From Eubacteriales bacterium (GTDB lineage Bacteria; Bacillota; Clostridia; Oscillospirales; CAG-272): a stretch of 64,000 bases of DNA. The position numbers were made by a program, and so were the translations under genes. The DNA lies in contig JBMNUI010000002.1 of NCBI GenBank assembly GCA_050946195.1, positions 3,816-67,815 of the forward strand, written 5' to 3'. Of the stretch, positions 35,760-46,547 are shown one piece after another. Positions within the stretch are counted from its first letter, which is position 1, and the number at the start of each line of letters is the position of its first letter. Under the pieces are notes generated by a model that saw only the letters and a list, made by a program, of their open reading frames with translations, was not told the DNA's origin and searched no databases.

Positions 35760-37478
35760 ATGTCAGAACAGCAGCAGAAAACCGAGCGAAAATACACGCC
35801 AGCCTTGTCAATGAAGCATTTTATCGAGATAATCGGGGAACACGGCTATAAAATTGCCTACATGTGGTTTGACAGCGCACACGAACTCCACGAGATGACC
35901 TACCGCGAGCTCTCCGATTCAATAAAGAACCTTTCAGCCGCCTTTGCCTCCTTCGGATGGCAGGGGCGCCGAATAGCGATACTCGGCGAGACCTCCCCGC
36001 AGTGGGTGATAACCTATGCGGCGGCGATCGCCTCGGGAAATGTCGCTATACCGTTCGACAAGGAGCTCAAACTTGAAGAGCTCAGGGGCTTTCTCAGATT
36101 TGCCGAGGCCGACGCCCTTGTCTATTCGGGATCCTTCAATCGCGCTCTTGAAGATAAGGTGAAAAACGACCCCGCCGTGTCGCTCTACATCCCGATGTCG
36201 CTTGAAAACTGCCCTTATGCGGGAGAGGACAACGTCATGTCCTTTGACGAACTGCTTGCCCGGGGCGAGCGCTATGTCGCGGGCGGATATGATATTCCCG
36301 AGCCGCAGGACCCCAACCGCATGGCGGTCATGCTCTTCACTTCGGGCACTACCGGAACCAGCAAATGCGTCATGCTCTCAGAAAAAAATGTTATATCCTG
36401 CGTGAACGCCGCCTGCGAGTGCGTCGAATTCTTCCCCGAGGACACAATTGTGTCGGTGCTGCCGATACACCACACCTATGAGCTTAGCTGCATGCTGGCA
36501 GCCCTCAACTACGGGATTAATGTCGGTATTAACGACTCGCTCAAGCGCGTGCTCAAAAACTTCAGCTTCTTCCGGCCTACCGGGTTGGTTCTTGTCCCTC
36601 TCTTCATCAACACCATGTACAAGAAAATCTGGGAGGAGGCAAAAAAGAAAAAGAAAGAAAAAATCCTCAAGGCCGCGCTCGCCACGTCCTCCCGTCTGCG
36701 CAAAATAGGAATTGACCTGCGCAGAGTACTTTTCTCTGATATAATCTCGGCATTCGGCGGGCGGCTCTGCAAGATTATCAGCGGCGGTGCTCCGCTCAAT
36801 CCCTATATTGCCGAAAAATTCGAGGAGTTCGGCATCACAATATGCGAGGGCTACGGGATCACCGAATGCTCGCCGCTCATCTCGGTCAATCCATATTATG
36901 CGAACAAGTACGGCTCGGTAGGTACGACCGTCAACTGCTGCACCGTAAGAATCAACCCCGAGGGGGTTAACGAACGGGGCTATACCGAAGGTGAAATAGA
37001 GGTCAAGGGCGACAATGTCATGCTCGGCTATTATAAAAACCCCGAGGCTACCGCCGAGGCCTTCACCGAGGACGGCTGGTTCCGTACCGGGGACGTGGGT
37101 TACATGGACGAGGACGGCTATATCTATATAACCGGACGCAAAAAGTCAGTAATTGTGCTTGATAACGGGAAAAATGTCTTCCCCGAGGAGATAGAAGAGT
37201 ATCTCGGCAATCTCAGCACCGTCGCCGAGTGCGTCGTGGTGGGCCGCAAGAAAGAGGATAACCCCGACACCGTTGTCCTGGCTGCTATTATTTACCCGAA
37301 CTTTGACGCCTTCCCCGAAGGCACCGACATAAACGAGATTGCCAAGGCGGTACAGGCCGAGGTAAATGCCATGAACCGCGGGCTGGTCGGCTACAAGCAG
37401 ATAAGAAAGGTCGAAATACGAAAAACCGAATTTGAAAAAACCACCTCCCGCAAAATCAAGCGCCATCTGGTTAAATAA
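35760..37478 (+). CDS. AMP-dependent long-chain acyl-CoA synthetase/ligase
   Basis: AMP-binding motif MLFTSGTTGTSKCVML, plus GYGITE and TGDVGYMDEDGY. The first ATG is at 35760 (the track start is TTG). Confidence 0.85.
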   Translation: MSEQQQKTERKYTPALSMKHFIEIIGEHGYKIAYMWFDSAHELHEMTYRELSDSIKNLSAAFASFGWQGRRIAILGETSPQWVITYAAAIASGNVAIPFDKELKLEELRGFLRFAEADALVYSGSFNRALEDKVKNDPAVSLYIPMSLENCPYAGEDNVMSFDELLARGERYVAGGYDIPEPQDPNRMAVMLFTSGTTGTSKCVMLSEKNVISCVNAACECVEFFPEDTIVSVLPIHHTYELSCMLAALNYGINVGINDSLKRVLKNFSFFRPTGLVLVPLFINTMYKKIWEEAKKKKKEKILKAALATSSRLRKIGIDLRRVLFSDIISAFGGRLCKIISGGAPLNPYIAEKFEEFGITICEGYGITECSPLISVNPYYANKYGSVGTTVNCCTVRINPEGVNERGYTEGEIEVKGDNVMLGYYKNPEATAEAFTEDGWFRTGDVGYMDEDGYIYITGRKKSVIVLDNGKNVFPEEIEEYLGNLSTVAECVVVGRKKEDNPDTVVLAAIIYPNFDAFPEGTDINEIAKAVQAEVNAMNRGLVGYKQIRKVEIRKTEFEKTTSRKIKRHLVK

Positions 37479-37481
37479 GAA

Positions 37482-37519
37482 ATGCGGGCATCCGAAAGAC
37501 TCGGGTGCCCGCATTTTTT
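37482..37519 (+). terminator. intrinsic terminator after the acyl-CoA ligase gene
   Basis: ATGCGGGCA..TGCCCGCAT hairpin followed by T6. Confidence 0.85.
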
Positions 37520-37619
37520 ACTGTCAGAATACTGTCAGCCGCAGTCTTCTTTGAATGATAGAATGTTTGCGGGATAACAGAAAAGCCGTCAGAGCAGCGC
37601 GCCGGACAAGGAGTGTGCC

Positions 37620-37874
37620 ATGACATGGGAAATAGCCCTCGGCTTCTTTGCCATAATCTCAACCTTTTTGGGAGTCATGAAAGTGGCGGTCAGGGTTAAC
37701 CGCACGCTAAACATGCTTGAGGCCGCGGTCAACAGGCTCAACGAACAAATTGAGCGCCAGAGCAAAAAAAACGAGAGGTTTTTCGAGCAGCTCTCAAATC
37801 ATGAATGCCGTATCTCAAAAATCGAAGACCTCGGGATAATCTGCAAAAGAAGAGAAAGGAGCGCAAATCTATGA
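37620..37874 (+). CDS. small single-TM protein with a charged coiled-coil tail (BhlA/UviB-like architecture)
   Basis: AAGGAG RBS. An N-terminal TM (IALGFFAIISTFLGVMKVAV) then a coiled-coil-like tail. ATGA overlap with the next gene. The family assignment rests on architecture only. Confidence 0.45.
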   Translation: MTWEIALGFFAIISTFLGVMKVAVRVNRTLNMLEAAVNRLNEQIERQSKKNERFFEQLSNHECRISKIEDLGIICKRRERSANL

Positions 37875-38098
37875 AGATAAACTGGAAACAAAAACTATCA
37901 AGCCGTCGGTTCTGGGCGGCCGTCGCCGGTTTTGTCACCGCCCTCTGTGCCGCCTTTAAGGTCGATGACATGACCTCAAACCAGATAGCCGCAATCATCT
38001 GTGCCCTCGGTATCCTTGTGGCATATATAATCGGCGAGTCCTGCGTTGACGCTTCCCGGGCATCAGACTCCGCCGGAAACACCGGCGACGATAATTAA
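37871..38098 (+). CDS. phage-type holin (phi-LC3 family-like)
   Basis: MKINWKQKLSSRRFW N-terminus, two TMs and a polar ..DS.. C-tail, matching my recollection of phi-LC3 family holins. AAGGAG RBS. Confidence 0.6.
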   Translation: MKINWKQKLSSRRFWAAVAGFVTALCAAFKVDDMTSNQIAAIICALGILVAYIIGESCVDASRASDSAGNTGDDN

Positions 38099-38100
38099 GC

Positions 38101-38133
38101 GGAGGCTCTGCCCCAACCTCCCGCTTAAGACCC
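38101..38133 (+). repeat. GC-hairpin + CCCGCTTAAGA motif, copy 2
   Basis: GGAGGCTCTGCCCCAACCTCCCGCTTAAGACCC. The similarity to the 57385 copy continues through CAAAAACTTC and a terminal GCGGG..CCCGC hairpin. Confidence 0.6.
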
Positions 38134-38183
38134 TTTTTGAAACAATGGTTTTTAAAAAATCCCCAAAAACTTCCGAACAAAAG

Positions 38184-38215
38184 GCGCGGGTCCCCTTACC
38201 CGCGTTTTTGTTTTT
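38184..38215 (+). terminator. intrinsic terminator after the holin pair
   Basis: GCGGGT-cccctt-ACCCGC followed by TTTTTGTTTTT. Confidence 0.75.
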
Positions 38216-38293
38216 CGACAAAAGTAAACGCGGGACTTTAAGAAACATAAGCGAGTGCAACGTAGTTGTTGCGGCAATATTTTAAGTAACATA

Positions 38294-38322
38294 TTGTAAA
38301 GTATATAATTATATGATATAAT
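38294..38322 (+). promoter_or_regulatory. candidate dnaA promoter within an AT-rich tract
   Basis: TTGTAA-N17-TATAAT, about 105 nt upstream of the dnaA ATG. Confidence 0.5.
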
Positions 38323-38426
38323 ATATATGTTTTTAAGGAAGCAGGATTCGATTTTGATTCCCTGCTTTTTGATAATAGAAACCAGTAAAAAACAGGACAG
38401 ATTCAGCAAAAACAAGGAGACCTCAA

Positions 38427-39836
38427 ATGCCCTATACCGAAGACCTGCTGAAAATCTGGCAGCGGGTTATCGACAATTTCGGGGATTCGATGCCGCGCGC
38501 CACCATTGAAAATATGTTCTACGACATCGTCGTCGAATCCTTTGACGGCAAGGTCGCGGTATTGTCGGTGCATTCCGAATACAGGCACTCCCTGATAGTA
38601 AAAAAATATCTTGAAAAAATCAGAAGCCTTATTTCCGAGCAGGTCGGCAGACAGATTTCCCTTGTTTTCAAATACAGCGGCTCAAGCAAATATTACATCG
38701 ACCAGTTAAAACTTGAATACAACCTCCCTGACGGCGAGCCGGCAGTCAGAATCGACCCGCCAAAGGCAAATTCCGGGGAGAACAAAGAAGAGCTCACCCG
38801 GCCGGTTTCAACCCTTCCTCCCTGCAACCAGGAGTATACCTTCAGCAATTTTATAGTCGGCAACTCTAATAAATTTGCCCACGCCGCCTGCGTGGCGGTG
38901 GCCGAGCGACCGGCAACCGATTACAACCCCCTATTTATCTACGGGCAGAGCGGGCTTGGAAAAACACACCTGCTTTACGCCATTACCAACGAGCTGATAA
39001 AAAAGAAGCCCGATATCAACATAATTTATACCAAAAGCGAGGATTTTACGAATTATCTTGTCGAATGTCTGAAAGACCGTGCGATGGAACGGTTCCGTCA
39101 GAAGTTCCGCAACTGCGACGTGCTGCTCATCGACGACATTCAATTCATCGCCGGAAAGGACTCGACACAGGAGGAATTCTTCCATACCTTCAACGCCCTG
39201 TATGAGGAGCACAAGCAGATAATCCTCACCTCAGACCGGCCTCCTTCAGACATAAAAACCCTCGAATATCGGTTAAAGACCCGATTTGAGTGGGGGCTTA
39301 TAGCCGACATACAGCCCCCCGAGTTTGAGCTCCGCCTGGCCATTATAAAAAAGAAGTCCGAACAGGCCGGAATCAAAATCCCCGATGATGTCTGCGAATT
39401 TCTGGCCGAAAACCTGCGCACAAATATCCGCCAAATAGAGGGCTCGATAAAAAAGCTGCGGGCACTAAGTTTCCTGACCGGAACAGACATAACAATGGAG
39501 ATGGCGCGGGGCTGTGTTGCCGAGCTTCTCGGCGGTGCCGAGCCGGTAAGTGTCACGGTAGACAAAATATTTGCCGCGGTCTACAAAAAATACGGAGTTC
39601 CGAAAGAGGACATCCTCAGCTCCCGGCGCACAAAAGAAATAGCATTTGCACGCCATGTCACCTCCTACTTAATCCGGAATATTACCGAAATGTCGCTGCC
39701 GAATATCGGAAAACTGCTCGGCCGTGACCACTCGACAATCATTTCCTCAATCTACACAATAGAAAAAAAGCTGCGTACCGACAGAATTTTTAACATTGAG
39801 ATTGAACAGATGATAAAAGAAGTAAACGGCCACTGA
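38427..39836 (+). CDS. dnaA: chromosomal replication initiator DnaA
   Basis: Walker A GQSGLGKTHLL, Walker B LLIDDIQF and the C-terminal DNA-binding block GRDHSTIISS. AAGGAG RBS. Confidence 0.97.
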   Translation: MPYTEDLLKIWQRVIDNFGDSMPRATIENMFYDIVVESFDGKVAVLSVHSEYRHSLIVKKYLEKIRSLISEQVGRQISLVFKYSGSSKYYIDQLKLEYNLPDGEPAVRIDPPKANSGENKEELTRPVSTLPPCNQEYTFSNFIVGNSNKFAHAACVAVAERPATDYNPLFIYGQSGLGKTHLLYAITNELIKKKPDINIIYTKSEDFTNYLVECLKDRAMERFRQKFRNCDVLLIDDIQFIAGKDSTQEEFFHTFNALYEEHKQIILTSDRPPSDIKTLEYRLKTRFEWGLIADIQPPEFELRLAIIKKKSEQAGIKIPDDVCEFLAENLRTNIRQIEGSIKKLRALSFLTGTDITMEMARGCVAELLGGAEPVSVTVDKIFAAVYKKYGVPKEDILSSRRTKEIAFARHVTSYLIRNITEMSLPNIGKLLGRDHSTIISSIYTIEKKLRTDRIFNIEIEQMIKEVNGH

Positions 39837-39970
39837 TAGGCCCGTGACTTTTCAACAGCTTGTACATAGGAAATCCCGGGTCATAATCGTGGCTGAGGAT
39901 TTCCGGTTGATAAGCCGGTTTTTTATCGGCAGGCAATAATAACTTTTCCTTGTACCATAAGTATTTTTGG

Positions 39971-40280
39971 TTGTCAACAACACTTTTCCACAGAGATGTG
40001 GAAAACCCTGCTGATAACTCAAAAAATCACACCGGCCACCGGGTTATCAACAACAAAAAAGGCTCATTTATTCCACATCACAAAAAATTTTGTTTGACCG
40101 GACACGGTCTTTCCCAAAAACTCAGGAAAATTTGAGTTTTGCACTTTCATTCAACATCAGGTGTACGGTGCGGTAACTTAAAAAAATCTTTATTATCAAT
40201 ACAATCCGTGTTTTCCACATACAAAGGCGCTCTTACTACTGCTTATATAATTATTACTTAATATTTCTTTTAAAAAAGAG
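39971..40280. other. oriC: DnaA-box cluster plus AT-rich unwinding region in the dnaA-dnaN spacer
   Basis: Boxes versus TTATCCACA: 39971 TTGTCAACA (2 mismatches), 39984 TTTTCCACA (1), 39997 TGTGGAAAA (reverse, 1), 40044 TTATCAACA (1), 40069 TATTCCACA (2), 40211 TTTTCCACA (1). Then a GGCGC spacer, TTACTACTGCTTATA, and a nearly pure A/T stretch at 40243-40278. Confidence 0.75.
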
Positions 40281-40354
40281 AGGCCGGATGAATTCAGCCG
40301 CGTGAACCGGAAAATCTGCCGACTTTCACAAACTACAAAAAGGAGAAGCCACAA

Positions 40355-41506
40355 ATGAAAGTAGTATTTGACCGAAAACTTCTCTGTTCAGTTTTCCCGC
40401 CGCTTTTGAGTGCGGTGTCGAACAAGTCCACTCTGTCTGCGCTCGAGGGAGTGCTTATTGAGGCATTTGACGAAAACTATTGCATACTCACGACATATGA
40501 TACAGACAAGGGAATAAGGCTGCGCATCGACGCCAAGGTATTTGCCTCCGGGCGCTACATAGTGAACGCTCAGAGGTTTTTCCAAGTGGCAAGAGCCATG
40601 GACGGCAACGAGATTGAAGTGACGATTGACAACAAACTGACCGCAAAGATTGTAAGCGGCAGGTCATCACATAAAATGCCGGCCTTAGATGGAGACGATT
40701 TCCCTTCTCTCCCCGAAATTGCCCATGAGAGGGGGTTTGTAATCGGGCAGGCGTTGCTGAAAAAAATGATCTCCCAGGTGTCGCATGCGATGGGGGTTGA
40801 CGACACGCGGCCGGTGCTCAACGGCTGCTACATGAAGGTTGAGGATAAAACCATAACTCTGGTTTCCTGCGACAGCTTCAGCCTTGCCAAAAGGGTGGCC
40901 TACACCGAGATACAGAACAAAAACAGCGACAACTCGCCGCTTGAATTTTCGTTTATCGTGCCGGTGCGGACCGTGAACGAGCTTGTAAAGCTGCTCTCGG
41001 ACGACGAGGAAGAGTATGCCGAGATATATATGACCAAGAAGAATATTGTCTTTATACTCGGCGGCATCACCTTCTTCTCGCGCCTGATTGACGGCGAGTA
41101 TATAGACTACAACAGAATAATAATAAAGAACCATAAAATCACGGCGGTACTGAACCGTGAAGAGTTTATATCGGCCTTGGAGCGCGCGGCGCTTGTCACC
41201 GAGGAGAAGGTTGCCGGGAGCGTCAGGTCACCCGTGAAGCTTGAGTTTTCGGGAAATGTGCTGAAAATCATGGCCAGCTCGTCTACCGGGAGCACCTATG
41301 ACGAGGTGTTGATAAGACATGAGGGCGAGGATATATTGATAGGCTTCAATAATCGATTCCTCATGAACAATGTGCGCGCCTGTAGCGGCGAGCGCATAAA
41401 GCTCTCACTCTCAAGCCCGCTTACCAGCATGAATATTGAGCCCGAAGAAAACCCCGAGGACGGCGAAGAGCTTTTCATGCTGCTGCCCATACGTATGAAG
41501 GAATGA
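40355..41506 (+). CDS. dnaN: DNA polymerase III beta sliding clamp
   Basis: Position after dnaA. 383 aa. The three-domain pattern and the LLPIRMKE-type C-terminus are consistent with DnaN. Confidence 0.93.
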   Translation: MKVVFDRKLLCSVFPPLLSAVSNKSTLSALEGVLIEAFDENYCILTTYDTDKGIRLRIDAKVFASGRYIVNAQRFFQVARAMDGNEIEVTIDNKLTAKIVSGRSSHKMPALDGDDFPSLPEIAHERGFVIGQALLKKMISQVSHAMGVDDTRPVLNGCYMKVEDKTITLVSCDSFSLAKRVAYTEIQNKNSDNSPLEFSFIVPVRTVNELVKLLSDDEEEYAEIYMTKKNIVFILGGITFFSRLIDGEYIDYNRIIIKNHKITAVLNREEFISALERAALVTEEKVAGSVRSPVKLEFSGNVLKIMASSSTGSTYDEVLIRHEGEDILIGFNNRFLMNNVRACSGERIKLSLSSPLTSMNIEPEENPEDGEELFMLLPIRMKE

Positions 41507-42615
41507 TCTGCCGCAAAGTAAAAATCGAGAATTTCCGTAATATTCTGGCCGCGGAGGTCGGCTTTTGCAAAGGGGTGAACATCCTTGTCGGGGAGAACGG
41601 CGCGGGCAAGACCAATCTTATTGAGGCTGTCTGCCTTGTGTCAATAGGAAAATCCCATCGGGGGGTCGGCGAGAATGAACTGATAAATTTCTCTGCCTCA
41701 AGGAGCCGTATTTCGGTGGATTTTTCGGATTCGGTCCGCACCCAGAATATTTCGGTCTCGCTTGAGAGGGGCAAGCGGCGGCAGGTGGAGCTGAACAAGG
41801 TGAGCATAAACCGGCTCTCGGATATGGTCGGGACCTTTAATACCGTACTTTTCTGTCCCGAGCATCTCTCGATTATCAAGGACGGACCGTCGGCACGCCG
41901 CAATTACCTTGATGTCGCCATCTCACAACTCCGCCCGCTTTATATCGCGTCGCTTCAGAGGTATAACCATATACTGAAGCAGCGGAACATGCTCATCAGA
42001 AGCGCGAAAGACGACCGGCGCACCTTTGATGAGACGATTGATTTTTGGTCCGAGCAGCTTGCCGCCGAAGCGGCAACAATAGCGTCAATCCGGGCGGAAT
42101 ATATAAGGCGCGCCGGCGGTTATGTCGCGGCAATTTTCTCGGAGATGACCGGTGACAGAGAGGTCCCCCGACTTAAATATGTAGGCTCATCAAAGGACGA
42201 AGAGGACTTTTATTTTGACCGGGCGGCGGTTAAAAAAAGATACATGGAGCTCCTGACCTCCTCTCACGAGCGCGAAATTGCCGCCGAATGCACTCTTTGG
42301 GGCACCCATAAGGATGACATCGAGGTCACACTCAACGGCCGCCCGGCGCGGATTTACGCCTCACAGGGGCAGCAAAGGTCGCTCTCGCTGGCGCTCAAGC
42401 TCACCGAGGGCGAAATCTGCCGCGAGGCAAGGGGCGAATATCCGGTTTTCCTGCTCGACGACGTGCTCTCGGAGCTCGACGAAGGCAGGAGAAAATATCT
42501 TCTCAGCAATATCGGCAGCCGGCAGGTTATAATAACCACCTGTGAGCCTGCGGCGCTGCAGAGCGCTCAAGTAATACATGTCAAAAACGGAACTTATGAG
42601 GTTATCCGGAACTGA
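41503..42615 (+). CDS. recF: DNA replication/repair protein RecF
   Basis: Walker A GENGAGKTNLIEA, signature SQGQQRSLSLALKL and Walker B FLLDDVLSELD. ATGA overlap with dnaN. Confidence 0.95.
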   Translation: MICRKVKIENFRNILAAEVGFCKGVNILVGENGAGKTNLIEAVCLVSIGKSHRGVGENELINFSASRSRISVDFSDSVRTQNISVSLERGKRRQVELNKVSINRLSDMVGTFNTVLFCPEHLSIIKDGPSARRNYLDVAISQLRPLYIASLQRYNHILKQRNMLIRSAKDDRRTFDETIDFWSEQLAAEAATIASIRAEYIRRAGGYVAAIFSEMTGDREVPRLKYVGSSKDEEDFYFDRAAVKKRYMELLTSSHEREIAAECTLWGTHKDDIEVTLNGRPARIYASQGQQRSLSLALKLTEGEICREARGEYPVFLLDDVLSELDEGRRKYLLSNIGSRQVIITTCEPAALQSAQVIHVKNGTYEVIRN

Positions 42616-42866
42616 TGTATCTTCATGTTGGCAATAATATGAATATCAGGGTAAAAGACATCATCGGGATTTTCGACGCCGACAACGCCACTCGGTCGGC
42701 GCTGACCAAGAAATTTTTAAAGGAGGCCGAGCTGCGCGGTTCGGTTTACTCGGCTGCCGAGGAAATTCCGAAATCCTTTATCCTATACAGGACCAAAACA
42801 GGCAATATGGTCTGCTTATCACCGCTCTTGGTCTCCTCACTCCTCAAACGTATTAATAAATCGTAA
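42615..42866 (+). CDS. remB: DUF370 protein (RemB/YaaB-like)
   Basis: 83 aa. IRVKDIIGIFDAD..SFILY pattern. Conserved position between recF and gyrB. Confidence 0.75.
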   Translation: MYLHVGNNMNIRVKDIIGIFDADNATRSALTKKFLKEAELRGSVYSAAEEIPKSFILYRTKTGNMVCLSPLLVSSLLKRINKS

Positions 42867-42886
42867 GGCCAGTGTGCCGACGTTGA

Positions 42887-44944
<2,058 letters not shown>

Positions 44945-44975
44945 AACCCGCTGCGGCGGTCTTTGGGGGAAGCCT

Positions 44976-45566
44976 ATGCTTTTTGTGAGAAAGAAAATAA
45001 TCATAACTTTGCTGACGGCAGCCATTTTGTTGCTGCTGGTTTCCTGTTCCCGGCCTCCCGAGCTTGAAGAAATATACGATGAGGTTGTGAGCCTGATTGA
45101 AGCATCTTACGAGATAAATGAAATTTATTTCGGTCACGGGCTGCCGACAAGCGACATTGATTCGGGTCTCTCGGGCTACAGCAGGGTGCGGGAGGACGCG
45201 AAATACAGGTCGATTGACCAAATCAAAGCGGCAACCGAGCAGGTGTATTGCAAAGATTACCGCGAAGGTCTGTATGAGGTAGCCTTCAAAGGTGTATCGA
45301 ATTTCACGCAAGGGGTCTATGGCGTCGTGAAGGCAAGGTTTATCGAGCATCAAGGCTACCTCTTTCAGGACAGCAACGCCGAGGCGCTGATTACCGCAAA
45401 ACGGATTTACGATTATTCCACAATGAAAATTGTCAAACCCTCAAATGCAAAGAACGTAAATATCAGCATAGATTCCCGCCTTGAGGGCAGCGAGGAGATC
45501 CTGAACATCACCCTGTCTTTTGTCTTTGAGAACGGGCGCTGGCTCCTCAATTCCCCGACCTACTGA
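44976..45566 (+). CDS. hypothetical lipoprotein
   Basis: Start set to MLFVRKK.. with lipobox LLVSC. No family recognised. Confidence 0.5.
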   Translation: MLFVRKKIIITLLTAAILLLLVSCSRPPELEEIYDEVVSLIEASYEINEIYFGHGLPTSDIDSGLSGYSRVREDAKYRSIDQIKAATEQVYCKDYREGLYEVAFKGVSNFTQGVYGVVKARFIEHQGYLFQDSNAEALITAKRIYDYSTMKIVKPSNAKNVNISIDSRLEGSEEILNITLSFVFENGRWLLNSPTY

Positions 45567-45567
45567 C

Positions 45568-46518
45568 ATGAAAATTGCCATACTCACACTGAACCCGGGA
45601 GTTGACCGGATTATATATCTTGACACCCCGGCAAGGCTCGGGACCCTCAACCGCGCGGCCCGCAGTATCGTCAGCCAAGGGAGCAAAGGCGCAAATGTGT
45701 CTATCGTGCTGAGAACCCTTGGCGCCGACCCCGATTATTTCAGCTTTACCGGCGGGGCGCTCGGAGAGCTTCTCGAGGGGTTTACAAAAAAACACGGGGT
45801 GAGGTCGCATTTTGTCAGGACTTCCTGCGGAGTGCGGACAAACACCAAAATTATTGACTCAGACGGCGTTTGCACCGAATTCAACGAAGCCGGTGGACCG
45901 GTTGCTCCCGAAGAGCTCGAGGCGCTGTTCGGCGAGCTTTTCTCGGACGACTTCGACATAGCAGTTATCAACGGAAGTATTCCACAGGGTGTGGAAAAGT
46001 GTGTGTATAACCGGATTGTAAGGCAGCTCAATGCAAAAGGGACATTTACGGTGCTCGACGCCGACGGCGAGGCGCTGAGGCACGGTCTTCTTGCCCGGCC
46101 CGCCCTCATCAAGCCCAACCTCCGTGAGCTTGCCGGAATTCTCGGCAAGAGCGAGGCTGAGTTTGATTCCGAAGAACAAGTGTTCTCGGGCTGCCGGGCA
46201 CTCCGTGAAAAATACGGCTGCGACATAATCTGCACGCTTGATGTGCGAGGCTCGGTTTTCTGCGGCGACGGGGGCGGGTATTATGTCGACGCGGCAGAGG
46301 TGCCGCTCCGCGGTTTCTCGGGTGCGGGGGATACATACCTTGCCGCCTATCTCTACAAGAGATATATCGCCCGGGATAGCCTTGCCGCATCTCTTGCCTA
46401 TGCCACAGCGGCGGCCGGCGCCAAGGTGGCGCTGCCGGGAACCGAGCTGCCAAGTGCAGAGCAGATTGAACAAATCTACAAAGCCGGCATCAAAGTCAGG
46501 CCGGCGGCTGAAAAATAA
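45568..46518 (+). CDS. PfkB-family 1-phosphofructokinase/tagatose-6-P kinase-like hexose kinase
   Basis: [10 protein letters not shown]-terminus and the C-terminal [11 protein letters not shown] motif. Start at ATG 45568, 2 nt after the upstream stop. Confidence 0.8.
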   Translation: MKIAILTLNPGVDRIIYLDTPARLGTLNRAARSIVSQGSKGANVSIVLRTLGADPDYFSFTGGALGELLEGFTKKHGVRSHFVRTSCGVRTNTKIIDSDGVCTEFNEAGGPVAPEELEALFGELFSDDFDIAVINGSIPQGVEKCVYNRIVRQLNAKGTFTVLDADGEALRHGLLARPALIKPNLRELAGILGKSEAEFDSEEQVFSGCRALREKYGCDIICTLDVRGSVFCGDGGGYYVDAAEVPLRGFSGAGDTYLAAYLYKRYIARDSLAASLAYATAAAGAKVALPGTELPSAEQIEQIYKAGIKVRPAAEK

Positions 46519-46547
46519 CCAATTACCCGAAAGGCAGTATAAAAGAA

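Noticed and set aside
37620-38098. A prophage or prophage remnant around the holin pair.
   Set aside because: There are no integrase, capsid, tail, terminase, repressor or endolysin genes, and no att-like repeats nearby. The flanking genes are an acyl-CoA ligase and dnaA. Only the two small genes look phage-derived.
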